Below, piece by piece: positions 1 to 11,269 of a DNA stretch of 64,000 nt (positions are counted from its first letter, which is position 1; each line of letters begins with the position of its first letter). The stretch comes from Lysinibacter sp. (lineage in GTDB: Bacteria; Actinomycetota; Actinomycetes; Actinomycetales; Microbacteriaceae), in the NCBI GenBank assembly GCA_040400085.1, contig JBBAQX010000018.1, positions 162-64,161 of the forward strand, read 5' to 3'. Made by a program: the position numbers and the translations under genes. Below the pieces are notes generated by a model. The model worked only from the letters and a program-made list of their open reading frames with translations. It did not search any database and had not been told where the DNA came from.

Positions 1-526
1 GAGCGAAAGACGCCACCGTGAGGTAACGCAGTGCCGGATCAAGCCCGTTTGCCGTCGCCGAACGCCACATCTGGAACCATTCCCCGCCAATAGCCATAAA
101 GCCAATACCGAAGATTACGATGATCACGAGGAGGCCGGCATTTGCCCAGTTGCGTGCCGACTGGAAGGTGTTGTTCTTGAAGCCACGCAGCCACTTGACG
201 GTAGCAGTGATCAGTATCACGGCGGCAACCGTTTCAGCAACGATGATGCCAATGTAACCAATAACTTGAATCGGCTCGGCGCTGATAGCGTGCCACATTA
301 CATTTTGGTCGAGGCCGACGCCTGGCTCCTGCCCAAAATTTGTTGTTTGCATCCCCATCACGTTTCGAACAAAATCCCAGTTTGTTGCAAAATCCGTTAG
401 GTTCCCGAATGCGATAAGGGCAAGGATAAGTGCGTTCATCGCGGTGAAGACCGTCGCGATAAGTGGTAATCCATTCCAGCGAGGGGTGGTCTGTAATTCT
501 GCGTTCTCGTTCATGATTTCTTTCAT
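1..526 (-). CDS. DUF2165-family small integral membrane protein (C-terminal end cut by the window edge)
   Basis: My own translation of the minus strand from ATG at 526: MKEIMNENAELQTTPRWNGLPLIATVFTAMNALILALIAFGNL...IGGEWFQMWRSATANGLDPALRY. The frame stays open to position 1, so it is absent from the ORF track. It has several hydrophobic helices and the GGEWFxMW motif that I associate with DUF2165. The listed ORF 234..548 is in a different frame and looks spurious. Confidence 0.6.
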   Translation of the reverse strand, partial: MKEIMNENAELQTTPRWNGLPLIATVFTAMNALILALIAFGNLTDFATNWDFVRNVMGMQTTNFGQEPGVGLDQNVMWHAISAEPIQVIGYIGIIVAETVAAVILITATVKWLRGFKNNTFQSARNWANAGLLVIIVIFGIGFMAIGGEWFQMWRSATANGLDPALRYLTVASFA

Positions 527-908
527 CTCTTTGTCGGTGAAGAACCAATAGTGTTATCGTGCAAAACGCTAGTTGAGACGCTCATCACCTCCTTCTTGCG
601 CTTCGAAAATTCCCAAGTCTACGTCGACGGAAAAATTCAGCGTTTCGATGTTAACAACAGACTAACCCTGTTTTGCAGTTCTTGACCCTCTGGTTTCGAG
701 AGAGGATGCGGCCATCGATTCTGTGCGCATCCGATGGCGAAAGCCGAATGCGAGTGTTCCGCCAAATACGTTGTTTGGCTCGTTCTGAGGATCGGATCGC
801 AACCTGACACAGCGGTGGAGCCTCTTGCTTCAGCTTGGTCGCGCGTTACAGAAACGAAGACGGCGAACCGCAGGGGATCCCTTCAGTGAGCCGTGAGCGT
901 TGGATGAC

Positions 909-1907
<999 letters not shown>

Positions 1908-2506
1908 CTATTGGTGTTGTTCGGCGCGTGACTGTTCGTGGGTTGCGGTTGAGTTGCAAGACTCCGTGACTTTTTCTCGCGCTGGGGTTTCGTATCGAGT
2001 TCTTCCTCGTGGCCCTCAGATAGGCGCATAAGCGACGCGTGACATAAGTACGAGGGCCGGAATGCTTAAGCGTCCGACCCTCGTACTTGCACCAAGAGTT
2101 TCCTGCAATCGTTTACGTTGTTCGCCACAGCTAACGTCCAACGCCCCACCAGAATATAACGAAAACGTAACGAGCGCTAGTTATCTTTTCGTTATATTTT
2201 TATTCGGAACAAATACTTTTGACATTAAACGGATGCGCGGTTGAAGCCAGCGCGGGTTGAATCAGCATGGGCGAAACTAGAGATAGTCCTTTGGTAGGGG
2301 GCAAATAGTACTTTAGGTAGGCGACAGCATGAGAAATAACTGTTGGACTAGAGCCATGACATACATCGATATCACTCCGGTCGCTCAGTCTCACCCGAGC
2401 CAGGTTATTAGTCCAGCCAGTGTTATTCTTCCGCCAACTATCTCAGTGGACATCACTGCATGGGCCTTGGCTGAGACCAAGTAGGACAATGCGGCTTTAG
2501 CCTGAC

Positions 2507-3235
2507 CTAAAAGACGTCTGGGCTCGGAGTGCTGCTGTGGCGGATCGAGACATCTGCATGGCGATCAAATCGGTAGCCGACCCCGCGCACAGTGCGCACG
2601 ATATCTTGGTAATCCCCAAGCTTGACTCGCAGTCGACGGACGTGAACGTCGATTGTGCGCTCGCTGGGGATTTCCTCGTCGCTGGAGGCATCCCAGAGGC
2701 CGTGGATGAGCTGTTGCCTTTCGACGGTTTGCCCCTCACGAAGAACGAGGAACTGCAATAACTCAAACTCTTTATAGGTAAGGGCAATCGGGTTATTATC
2801 GAGCAGTAGCCGTTTGCGAGAAAGGTCTATGACAACGCCGTCTCGGGCTCGGTCAAGGTCAACCTCCGGTTTGCGGTGGCGTGCGATCGCGGCTGGATCA
2901 CCGAGCGCTAGGCGAACGACGTCGACGTCGCGTCCTCCGCTGCCCTCCGGAGCTAGGGCGACTGCGGCATATGTTTCTGAGCCGGGTGCCACGTGTGCCG
3001 TGAGGTTCTTTAGTGCTTCAACTATCGCGCCAAGCGATGTGCCAGCTTCGTTTGCTTTATCCTCGTCGAATCCGACGTAGAGTACGAAGCCGCGGGCTTC
3101 TGTGCCCGCTGGCACGGCCCGGATGCTTGGAGAAGAGGTGATGGGAGTTGCGAGGTCAGGTCGGGCGGAGGTCACCGTCTGGGTGGAGCTGAGTGGCGAA
3201 GAAGCTGAAGAACCAGTGGCTGTAATGGTCGACAT
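2507..3235 (-). CDS. OmpR/PhoB-type winged-helix DNA-binding protein without a receiver domain
   Basis: 242-aa ORF. The C-terminal half reads LTYKEFELLQFLVLREGQTVERQQL...TIDVHVRRLRVKLG...VRGVGYRF (trans_reg_C pattern). The N-terminus is S/T/P-rich and has no phospho-acceptor domain. Confidence 0.7.
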   Translation of the reverse strand: MSTITATGSSASSPLSSTQTVTSARPDLATPITSSPSIRAVPAGTEARGFVLYVGFDEDKANEAGTSLGAIVEALKNLTAHVAPGSETYAAVALAPEGSGGRDVDVVRLALGDPAAIARHRKPEVDLDRARDGVVIDLSRKRLLLDNNPIALTYKEFELLQFLVLREGQTVERQQLIHGLWDASSDEEIPSERTIDVHVRRLRVKLGDYQDIVRTVRGVGYRFDRHADVSIRHSSTPSPDVF

Positions 3236-3728
3236 GATGTAATCCTTTGATGATGCGTGAGCATTTAGCTGAGTATCTCAAGCCATGGTGTGCTCGGAGT
3301 TGTGTGGGAAATATCCTCACGGTCTGGGCCTATTGACCCGGGGAAACGCTCTCGCGTTGAGTTCAGCGGTCTCAACCCACCGTGTGGGGAGTCCGTCAGA
3401 ACTGGCAGCTGGGAAAAGCTAGCTGCACATTCGACAACATGAAGAAGCGCTACCGGCCATCACCATGCCGGTAGTCCTGGTGGCCTCGAGGGCGGTCAGG
3501 GCGTACGCGTTGTCATTCATGTATCAAAGTAAACCCAATATGTCGCTATATGTCAAGTATTAAGTTGTATTACACGCAATGTTACGGAAAATTTCTCAGA
3601 TTTATCACGTTTTTTGTTGCGTCGGTTCTGTGAATCTCGCGTAGGGGTTGCACGATTGCTCTGGACGGCGGGTGGAAGGGACCTAGCCTTGTGGGATACG
3701 CGATTGCAGCAAGTGGACGGTGAGAGTG

Positions 3729-4364
3729 TTAGTCGATCGTCCCATAGAGGCGGTCACCGGCGTCTCCGAGGCCGGGAACGATATAACCGTTTTCGTTGAG
3801 TCGCTCGTCGACTGCGCCAAGAACGATGGTCACGTCGCGACCTTCGGTTGCCTTCTCGAGGGCGGCAAGACCCTCAGGTGCAGCAAGGATACATACAGCT
3901 GTGACGTTATCGGCACCCCGCTCGAACATAAATTCAATGGCGGCGGCCAGCGATCCTCCCGTTGCTAGCATCGGGTCGAGTACGAAGCATTGCCGTCCAC
4001 TCAGGTCGTCAGGAAGCCGCTCTGCATAGGTCACCGGCTGGAAAGTTGTTTCGTCACGTACCATCCCGAGGAAACCCACCTCGGCGGTTGGTAAGAGCTT
4101 AACCATGCCCTCGAGCATCCCCAATCCTGCGCGAAGGATGGGAACCACGAGTGGAAGCGGCTGAGCAAGCTGCACTCCAGTGGTTTCGCATACGGGTGTA
4201 TTGAAGGTTATTTCCTCTACCTGCACATCTCGTGTCGCCTCATAGGCAAGCAGCGTCACGAGCTCTTCGGTGAGGGCGCGAAAAGTGGGTTGCGCTGTGT
4301 TCTTGTCACGGAGAACCGTTAGCTTGTGGGTGATCAGTGGGTGGTCCGCAACAAAAACTCGCAT
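3729..4364 (-). CDS. upp: uracil phosphoribosyltransferase
   Basis: 211 aa. Reads [23 protein letters not shown]..., with the PRPP loop [11 protein letters not shown] and the C-terminal [16 protein letters not shown]. Confidence 0.92.
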   Translation of the reverse strand: MRVFVADHPLITHKLTVLRDKNTAQPTFRALTEELVTLLAYEATRDVQVEEITFNTPVCETTGVQLAQPLPLVVPILRAGLGMLEGMVKLLPTAEVGFLGMVRDETTFQPVTYAERLPDDLSGRQCFVLDPMLATGGSLAAAIEFMFERGADNVTAVCILAAPEGLAALEKATEGRDVTIVLGAVDERLNENGYIVPGLGDAGDRLYGTID

Positions 4365-4432
4365 AGAGTAAATCTAGTGGAAATCGCGTCGTCAAGTCGG
4401 CGATTAGCTCGAATTGGTCTGGAGAGTCGCCA

Positions 4433-4909
4433 GTGGCACAGCAGGGAATCGCGGTGAGCCGCAAGCATCACGAATGGATGTTAGCCGCAATTAGCGAGGC
4501 CAAACTCGCCCAATCGACCCAAGACGTCCCCGTTGGCGCCCTCGTGTTCGACGCGAGTGGCACACTGATCGGATCGGGCCGCAATCGGCGCCACGGCGCC
4601 TACGACCCTACTGCCCACGCTGAAGTGCTCGCGATCCGAGAGGCTGCCGAGAGCATCCGTGATCGAATTCTTGACGGCTGTACTCTTGTGGTGACGCTCG
4701 AGCCGTGCATTATGTGCGCGGGGGTCATAGCTGCTGCGCGGATCCCCGTTGTCGTTTTTGGCGCGTGGGACGATAAGGCAGGAGCTGTCGGCAGTGTCTA
4801 CGATGTGCTGCGCGACCGCCGTCTGCCTCATCGTTCCGAGGTTATTGCAGGCGTAGAGGAAGTGGCTTGTGTCGCTTTGCTTACGGAATTTTTCGCGGCG
4901 AGACGCTAG
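4433..4909 (+). CDS. tadA: tRNA adenosine(34) deaminase
   Basis: 158 aa with the cytidine/deoxycytidylate deaminase zinc motifs HAEVLAIREAA and TLEPCIMCAG. Confidence 0.85.
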   Translation: MAQQGIAVSRKHHEWMLAAISEAKLAQSTQDVPVGALVFDASGTLIGSGRNRRHGAYDPTAHAEVLAIREAAESIRDRILDGCTLVVTLEPCIMCAGVIAAARIPVVVFGAWDDKAGAVGSVYDVLRDRRLPHRSEVIAGVEEVACVALLTEFFAARR

Positions 4910-4928
4910 TTAAGCTCCATATTCTTGG

Positions 4929-5972
4929 CTAAGGTTGTCGTGGTGTTGCGCTTGAGTCGCGGATTATTAGCTTCGTTGCAAGCTCCACGTGATCTGACTC
5001 GAGAGTATCGCCAGCCATGAGTCGGAGAACGCTCCGTAGTGCCGTCCTGCCCATATCTTGAAGCGGCTGCGAAACCGTTGTGAGCCGTGGCATGCTCTGT
5101 TCACTCAGATACGTACCGTCAAAGCCAACCAGGCTCAGGTCTTGGGGTACGTTAATGCCTCGTCGCCGTGCTTCCTCGATTACTCCGAGAGCGATGGTAT
5201 CGCTCGACGCAAAAATAGCGGTTGGCGGGTCGGCGAGTTCGGCAAATGCGGCTAACCCTTCGACACCCGTTACGGGTTGGAAGCTACCCCCGGTTTCATA
5301 ATCGGGAACAGGTTCTATTCCTCGGCCCCGAAGTGCCGCTAGGTAGCCGTGAAGCCGAGCGACGTGACATTCTGCCGATTCAGGTCCGCCGATATAAGCA
5401 ATCTTGGTGTGACCTAGATCGAGTAGGTGATCGGTCGCCAGCTTGCCGCCAGCCCAGTTGGTCGCGCCGATGCTGACTACGCCGTCTTTGATGGGGCTTC
5501 TTGGATCGATGACCACCACGGGGATACCTCTTCGTTGGAAGGAGAGAACCTGATCCGCACTCATCTCGGAGGTCACGAGGATGAGTCCCTTTCTTCCTGT
5601 ATGGATAAGCCGAGCTGCCCATTCTTCGTGGTCCGTTTCGCGGAGCATCGCGGGGGTGGCTTGTGACAGGACGATCTCGATATTTTCGGTTGCCGCGTGA
5701 TCGACCACTCCTCGGAGGACCTCGATGGCATATGCGCTGCTGAGTCCTTCGCAGACAAAGTCAACGAGCGGCGGCCCCTCCGCGCGAATCCTGCGTTGTA
5801 CCGGCGACTCGTAACCGACAGAGTCCAAGGCATATTGCACTCGAATGCGCGTTGCCTCGGCAACGTCGTCACGCCCGTTCAATACCTTTGACACGGTGGG
5901 CGATGAGACGCCGGCTATTTTGGCGACCATGGCCAGCGTTGCGTTCCGGTCGGATTTCATATGAGCATCCAT
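4929..5972 (-). CDS. LacI-family transcriptional regulator
   Basis: 347 aa. N-terminal HTH (ATLAMVAKIAGVSSPTVSKVLNG) plus a periplasmic-binding-protein-like effector domain. It is divergent from the sugar ABC operon. Confidence 0.9.
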   Translation of the reverse strand: MDAHMKSDRNATLAMVAKIAGVSSPTVSKVLNGRDDVAEATRIRVQYALDSVGYESPVQRRIRAEGPPLVDFVCEGLSSAYAIEVLRGVVDHAATENIEIVLSQATPAMLRETDHEEWAARLIHTGRKGLILVTSEMSADQVLSFQRRGIPVVVIDPRSPIKDGVVSIGATNWAGGKLATDHLLDLGHTKIAYIGGPESAECHVARLHGYLAALRGRGIEPVPDYETGGSFQPVTGVEGLAAFAELADPPTAIFASSDTIALGVIEEARRRGINVPQDLSLVGFDGTYLSEQSMPRLTTVSQPLQDMGRTALRSVLRLMAGDTLESDHVELATKLIIRDSSATPRQP

Positions 5973-5976
5973 TCTT

Positions 5977-5993
5977 ATCGAAAATATTTCGAT
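5977..5993. promoter_or_regulatory. candidate LacI-type operator (7-3-7 inverted repeat ATCGAAA-ata-TTTCGAT)
   Basis: Read directly from the sequence, immediately upstream of the LacI-family gene start (5972) in an AT-rich divergent intergenic region. It shares the CGAAA/TTTCG core with the second palindrome at 6096-6124. Confidence 0.45.
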
Positions 5994-6095
5994 GACTTTA
6001 TCCTGAGATAAATAAGATGTTTTGTCAATTTTCGGGTCTAGATCCTTGACTTGCTCATTCTGGTCCCCTTATAGTTTCAATCAATTCGAAAAAAG

Positions 6096-6124
6096 TTGCG
6101 AAACATTTTTAAATTGTTTCGCAA
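6096..6124. promoter_or_regulatory. candidate LacI-type operator (perfect 10-bp inverted repeat TTGCGAAACA-N9-TGTTTCGCAA)
   Basis: A perfect inverted repeat seen in the sequence about 110 nt upstream of the solute-binding protein gene (6236). Confidence 0.5.
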
Positions 6125-6235
6125 TCTCATATACCTTTCAACCACTGCGCGTTCGACTGCTTCGATGGAGAAGCAGTGAGTTGATGCCGACGATACCCGG
6201 CGCCAATCGCGGCGGGCACAACGAAACGGAACATC

Positions 6236-7546
6236 ATGATTCGACATAAATTACTCAAAACTGCTGCCCTCGCAACCGCAGCCCTCTTCGCCTTAGCCGG
6301 GTGTGGCTCAAGCGGACCCGGAGGTAATACCAACGCTGACTCCGCGACGATGTGGGGACTGACAGGAGGCGACGAAACCACCTACAAAAGCTCAATTGAT
6401 GCCTGGAACGCTGATAACGCTGACGAAACCATCAAGCTCGAGTTTTTCGCGAATGATGCTTACAAAACTAAAGTGCGAACAGCGATCGGAGCAGGTCAAG
6501 GGCCGACATTTATCTACGGTTGGGGCGGCGGAGTGCTCAAATCCTATGTCGATGCAGATCAGATTCAAGATCTGTCAAGTCTGATTAGTGAGCATCCCGA
6601 GGTCCAGAGTCGGTACATCCCATCTATTCTCGAAAGCGGTGTTATCAACGGAAAAACATACGCCCTTCCCAACAACAAGGTAGCCCCCGTCGTGATTTAC
6701 TACAACAAAGATGTCTTTGCAGAGGCCGGAGTTACACCGCCAAAAACATGGGATGAGCTACTCGCGCTGGTTCCCGTCTTTAACAAGGCTGGGGTCGCGC
6801 CATTCTCGCTCGGTGGGCAATCAAAATGGCCGAGTCTTATGTGGCTCGAATACCTCGTTGAACGGCTGGGAGGTCCCGAGGTTTTTCAAGCTGTCATCGA
6901 CGGAAAAACGGATGCCTGGTCGGACCCGGCAATTATTAAAGCTCTGACCATGATCCAGGAGCTTGTAGACGCCAACGGTTTCACCAGCGGCTTCTCCTCT
7001 ATAGCCTCAGATAGCGGTGCCGACACGGCTCTCGTCTACACGGGGAAAGCCGCAATGCTTATGCAGGGAGGCTGGGCATACCAAGGGTTTAAGAAGGATG
7101 CCCCCGACTTCGTCGCTGAGGATAAGCTCGGCTTTATTGAGTTTCCCAGCGTCGAAGGAGGCAAAGGTGACCCCAAGAACATCGTTGGTAACCCCTCAAA
7201 TTTCTGGTCGATCTCTGCCAAAGCAACCGAAGCTCAGAAGAAAACAGCATACGACTACATAGTCGACGGCATGTTTACCGATGCATATATCGACGACCTT
7301 ATCGCGTCCGGGGCCGTTCCTGTGGTTCAGGGGGTGGAAGCAAAGCTCGAGGCAAGTGACGACAGTACCTTCCTTACTTTCGCATACAAGCTGGCGAAGG
7401 ATGCACCTCATTTTCAGCTGTCCTGGGACCAAGCGCTCAGCCCTGCACAGGGCGACGCAATGCTGACTAATCTCGACCAAATCTTTTTGAAAGAGATAAC
7501 TCCTCAGCAATTCGCCACAACGATGAACGCAACCCTAGGAAAATAG
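6236..7546 (+). CDS. ABC transporter extracellular sugar-binding lipoprotein (family 1 SBP)
   Basis: 436 aa. It has a lipoprotein signal peptide with lipobox LAGC (ATAALFALAGCGSS) and is the first gene of the SBP-permease-permease operon. Confidence 0.85.
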   Translation: MIRHKLLKTAALATAALFALAGCGSSGPGGNTNADSATMWGLTGGDETTYKSSIDAWNADNADETIKLEFFANDAYKTKVRTAIGAGQGPTFIYGWGGGVLKSYVDADQIQDLSSLISEHPEVQSRYIPSILESGVINGKTYALPNNKVAPVVIYYNKDVFAEAGVTPPKTWDELLALVPVFNKAGVAPFSLGGQSKWPSLMWLEYLVERLGGPEVFQAVIDGKTDAWSDPAIIKALTMIQELVDANGFTSGFSSIASDSGADTALVYTGKAAMLMQGGWAYQGFKKDAPDFVAEDKLGFIEFPSVEGGKGDPKNIVGNPSNFWSISAKATEAQKKTAYDYIVDGMFTDAYIDDLIASGAVPVVQGVEAKLEASDDSTFLTFAYKLAKDAPHFQLSWDQALSPAQGDAMLTNLDQIFLKEITPQQFATTMNATLGK

Positions 7547-7547
7547 G

Positions 7548-8495
7548 ATGACTACGCTCACCCGCGTTCAGCGCAGAAGCGCCCCCATCCAGCCCAGAAG
7601 CGCTCCCGTCCAGCGCCGAAGGGCCCGCGCAGCGGGCCCTTCGGGTTGGTTCGCAGCCCCGGCCCTGCTCGTTTTTGTCTGCTTCGCAGTCGCCCCGCTC
7701 GTCGGGGTGCTCGGCCTCAGCTTTACGGCGTGGGACGGCATCGGCGCTATCTCCTGGGCCGGAACGGAAAGTTGGGCTACGGTTCTGTCGGACCCGGTCA
7801 CCGGGAACGCCCTGGCTGTTACGGCAAAAGTAATGTTCTTCTCGTTCATCGTTCAGGCGCCTATAAGCCTGCTGCTTGGCGTGTTTATCGCTGGACACCA
7901 GAAATACCGGGCGCTGCTGGCCGTGCTGTATTTCCTTCCCCTGTTGCTGTCCTCGGCTGCCGTCGCCATCGCGTATAAAGCCTTGCTTGATCCGAACTTT
8001 GGGCTGAGTGCAGGCCTCAATATCCCCGCTCTTGCGCAGGACTGGCTGGGAAATCCAGATCTGGTTTTGTTTGTGGTTATCTTTGTTATCGCCTGGCAAT
8101 TTGTGCCCTTTCACACTCTGATTTATCAAGGAGGAGTGCGGCAAATACCGGCATCATTGTATGAGGCGGCCGATATCGACGGTGCAAGCCGGGTACAGCA
8201 GTTCTTCCACATCACTATGCCCCAGCTGAAATACACCATCATCACCTCCTCAACCCTCATGATTGTGGGTTCCCTCACCTACTTCGACCTCGTCTTCGTG
8301 CTCACAGGAGGCGGTCCCGGCTACACGACACGGCTGCTTCCCCTGCAGATGTATCTGACGGGCTTTCAGGCAAACGACATGGGGGCGGCGAGTGCCCTCG
8401 GCGTAATTCTCGTTGTTGTTGGACTGGTGATCGCGTTGGTCTTGCAGCGACTCGGAGGCAAGGATCGCCGCGCAAGCCAGACGGAAGGAGTCTAG
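7548..8495 (+). CDS. carbohydrate ABC transporter permease (MalF-like)
   Basis: 315 aa and multi-spanning, with an EAA-type loop (LYEAADIDGASRVQQFFHITMPQLK). Confidence 0.85.
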   Translation: MTTLTRVQRRSAPIQPRSAPVQRRRARAAGPSGWFAAPALLVFVCFAVAPLVGVLGLSFTAWDGIGAISWAGTESWATVLSDPVTGNALAVTAKVMFFSFIVQAPISLLLGVFIAGHQKYRALLAVLYFLPLLLSSAAVAIAYKALLDPNFGLSAGLNIPALAQDWLGNPDLVLFVVIFVIAWQFVPFHTLIYQGGVRQIPASLYEAADIDGASRVQQFFHITMPQLKYTIITSSTLMIVGSLTYFDLVFVLTGGGPGYTTRLLPLQMYLTGFQANDMGAASALGVILVVVGLVIALVLQRLGGKDRRASQTEGV

Positions 8496-9341
8496 ATGTC
8501 TACGCAATTAACGACCAGGCGTTCCGGTCATAGGCCGAACTTTCTGGGGTCGGTTGGGGGATGGGTGTGGCTCGTCGTCATCATTATCCCCGTCTACTAC
8601 ATTGTCGTTACGAGCCTCAAGGGGCAATCCGATTTCTTCAGCGGCAACCCCCTGCTCCCGTCTGCCAGTCCAACCCTCGCTAACTACCAGCTGGTTCTGG
8701 AGAACGACTTCTTCCGATATCTTCTCAACAGCGCTATCGTGACCATTGGCGCGGTGATCCCCACACTCGTGGTTACGTTTATGGCTTCCTATGCGATTGT
8801 CAGGGGTGATAGTTGGTTCATCCGTTCTACTAATTCGCTTTTCCTCTTGGGCCTCGCAATCCCGATTCAAGCCACCATCATCCCGATATATTTCATGATC
8901 ACCCGGGCGTACCTTTACGACACTCTTGTGGCCCTCATCCTTCCCTCGATTGCCTTCGCCATCCCTATCTCAGTTCTTATCCTCAACTCGTTTATGCGCA
9001 ACATTCCTGGTGAACTCTTCGAATCGATGAGGCTTGACGGATGCTCGGACTGGCAGATGATGTGGCGGCTCGCCTTGCCCCTCACCCGACCGGCACTCAT
9101 GACGGTAGGCATCTACAACGGGTTGCAGGTGTGGAACGGTTTCCTCTTCCCCCTAATACTTACCCAAAGCCCGAGTACGCGCGTGCTGCCGATCTCGCTC
9201 TGGACCTTTCAGGGAGAATTCACCGTGAACATCCCCGCAATTTTGGCAAGCGTAGTTCTCTCGACGCTTCCGCTGCTCGCCCTGTACATCTTTGGGAGAC
9301 GCCAACTGCTTAGCGGTCTGACCGCCGGATTCGGAAAGTGA
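8496..9341 (+). CDS. carbohydrate ABC transporter permease (MalG-like)
   Basis: 281 aa and multi-spanning, with the EAA loop LFESMRLDGCSDWQMMWRLALPLTRPAL. It abuts the previous permease gene. Confidence 0.85.
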   Translation: MSTQLTTRRSGHRPNFLGSVGGWVWLVVIIIPVYYIVVTSLKGQSDFFSGNPLLPSASPTLANYQLVLENDFFRYLLNSAIVTIGAVIPTLVVTFMASYAIVRGDSWFIRSTNSLFLLGLAIPIQATIIPIYFMITRAYLYDTLVALILPSIAFAIPISVLILNSFMRNIPGELFESMRLDGCSDWQMMWRLALPLTRPALMTVGIYNGLQVWNGFLFPLILTQSPSTRVLPISLWTFQGEFTVNIPAILASVVLSTLPLLALYIFGRRQLLSGLTAGFGK

Positions 9342-9347
9342 ACACAT

Positions 9348-10568
9348 ATGCCCGAAATGATCCGCAACATACACAAACCGTCCCTGCGTATCGGGATGGT
9401 CGGCTATTCCTTCATGGGGGCCATCCACTCGCACGCCTGGCGAACCGCCCCGCGCTTCTTCGACCTACCCGTAAACGTTGAGCTTGCGGCCATCGCGGGC
9501 CGGGACAGGGCTAAGACCACCGCTGCAGCTGAAACTATGGGCTGGGAAAGCGTCGAGAGCGATTGGCGCCAGCTGATCGCTCGTGACGATATAGACGTGA
9601 TTGATATCTGTTCGCCCGGAGATACTCACCGAGATATCGCTATCGCGGCGCTCGCTGCGAATAAACATGTGCTGTGTGAAAAACCGCTTGCTAACTCGGT
9701 TGAAGAGGCCGAAGAGATGGCTCAGGCCGCACGGGATGCCGCGCAGCGGGGGATCTTCGCGATGTGCGGTTACACCTATCGCAGGACACCTGCGGTAACC
9801 CTCGCGAAACAACTTGTCGATGAAGGTCGCATCGGTGCCATCAGACACGTACGCGGACAATACCTGCAGGATTGGCTCAGCGATGCCGATGCCCCCATGA
9901 CCTGGCGGCTCGACAAAACCACGTCGGGTTCCGGTGCCCTCGGCGACATTGGCGCGCATATTATCGACGCCGCACAATTCGTCACGGGGCTCCCCATCGA
10001 AGGGGTATCCGCGATGCTCAATACCTTTGTGACGAGTCGTCCGATAGCCGGCGAGCTGGTTGGGCTTGGCGGGAGTGGCGACATCGGAGGTGACTACGGC
10101 CACGTTACGGTTGACGATGCCGCATTGCTCACCGCCCGGTTTGCCAAGGGTGCTATCGGGATCTTCGAGGCGACCCGATTCGCCCTCGGACGTAAAAATG
10201 CGATCAGGCTCGAAATCAATGGAACCCGCGGCTCGATCTTCTTCGATTTTGAAGATATGAACGTTCTTAACCTCTACGATGGTTCGCTGCCGCACCACAC
10301 CCAAGGATTCCAGCGGATACAGGTTACCGAACCGGAGCATCCGTACATTGATAGTTGGTGGCCCGTCGGCCACGGACTCGGCTATGAGCACGGTTTCACC
10401 CACCAGGCTGTCGACTTCGTGAGGTCGATACGGGCTGGCACTCAACCTAGTCCTTCGTTTGACGATGCCCTCAACGTCCAACGGGTGCTCGACGCAGTTG
10501 AACGAAGCGCCGAGAGCAACAGTCAATTCGTTCGCACCGGTACCAACGACTCACCAGAAAGCAACTAA
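9348..10568 (+). CDS. Gfo/Idh/MocA-family oxidoreductase
   Basis: 406 aa. N-terminal Rossmann fold (LRIGMVGYSFMGAIHSHAW), the EKP motif (VLCEKPLANS) and a C-terminal alpha/beta domain. Confidence 0.8.
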   Translation: MPEMIRNIHKPSLRIGMVGYSFMGAIHSHAWRTAPRFFDLPVNVELAAIAGRDRAKTTAAAETMGWESVESDWRQLIARDDIDVIDICSPGDTHRDIAIAALAANKHVLCEKPLANSVEEAEEMAQAARDAAQRGIFAMCGYTYRRTPAVTLAKQLVDEGRIGAIRHVRGQYLQDWLSDADAPMTWRLDKTTSGSGALGDIGAHIIDAAQFVTGLPIEGVSAMLNTFVTSRPIAGELVGLGGSGDIGGDYGHVTVDDAALLTARFAKGAIGIFEATRFALGRKNAIRLEINGTRGSIFFDFEDMNVLNLYDGSLPHHTQGFQRIQVTEPEHPYIDSWWPVGHGLGYEHGFTHQAVDFVRSIRAGTQPSPSFDDALNVQRVLDAVERSAESNSQFVRTGTNDSPESN

Positions 10569-11269
10569 TGCCTCAGAAGACGAAACAAGCCCTCATCGTG
10601 AGGGGCGGCTGGGACGGTCACCAACCGGTCGAAGCCACAGAGCTGTTTATCCCATATCTCGAACAGAACAAGTATGCGGTTCGTATCGAGGAATCCGCAG
10701 CTGTGTACGCCGATACCGACTATCTAAGAACCGTCGACCTGATCGTGCAGTGCAACACCATGACCACAATCGAAACAGCGGAGTTTGAAGGGTTGCGAGG
10801 CGCAATCGAAGCGGGAACGGGCCTGGCCGGGTGGCACGGGGGCATCGCTGATTCCTATCGCAACAATTCGGACTATCTGCACCTCATCGGCGGGCAATTT
10901 GCGTGTCACCCGGGTAAACATCCGAGCGAACGAATCGGCGAGCAATCGGACAACTATGTACCATATACGGTAAATATCGAGCCGTCTGCTGCCGAGCATC
11001 CCATTGTTGAGGGAATTGAGGATTTCGAACTCGTCACCGAGCAATACTGGGTATTGCATGACAGCTACATCGATGTGCTCGCAACAACCACCCAGGCGGT
11101 GCGCGCGTGGGACCCGTGGACGCGTCCCGTGACGTCGCCCGCGGTCTGGACCAGGCAGTGGGGGCAGGGCAGAATATTCGTAGCGACGCCAGGGCACAGG
11201 GTAGAAATCTTGGCTAACCCCAACGTGAAATCGATAATCGAGCGGGGGATGCTGTGGGCCAGCCGCTAG
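10568..11269 (+). CDS. ThuA-domain protein (trehalose-utilisation-like)
   Basis: 233 aa. Reads KQALIVRGGWDGHQP...GWHGG...GGQFACHPG, typical of the ThuA family. Its start overlaps the upstream stop (TAATG). Confidence 0.7.
   Translation: MPQKTKQALIVRGGWDGHQPVEATELFIPYLEQNKYAVRIEESAAVYADTDYLRTVDLIVQCNTMTTIETAEFEGLRGAIEAGTGLAGWHGGIADSYRNNSDYLHLIGGQFACHPGKHPSERIGEQSDNYVPYTVNIEPSAAEHPIVEGIEDFELVTEQYWVLHDSYIDVLATTTQAVRAWDPWTRPVTSPAVWTRQWGQGRIFVATPGHRVEILANPNVKSIIERGMLWASR

Noticed and set aside
234-548. 104-aa minus-strand ORF from the track
   Set aside because: A different minus-strand frame starting at ATG 526 gives a clean multi-TM DUF2165-like protein that runs to the window edge. The listed ORF is R/H/D-rich and implausible.
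3236-3728. Long (~490 nt) intergenic region or leader upstream of the winged-helix gene; possible riboswitch or ncRNA
   Set aside because: I found a plausible TTGACA-type -35 (3556-3551) and some short hairpins, but no motif I can assign to a known RNA family. This is not enough to call a feature without an Rfam scan.
9465-10526. 353-aa minus-strand ORF
   Set aside because: It is antisense to the well-supported Gfo/Idh/MocA oxidoreductase gene, has no recognisable motifs, and is a GC-driven shadow ORF.
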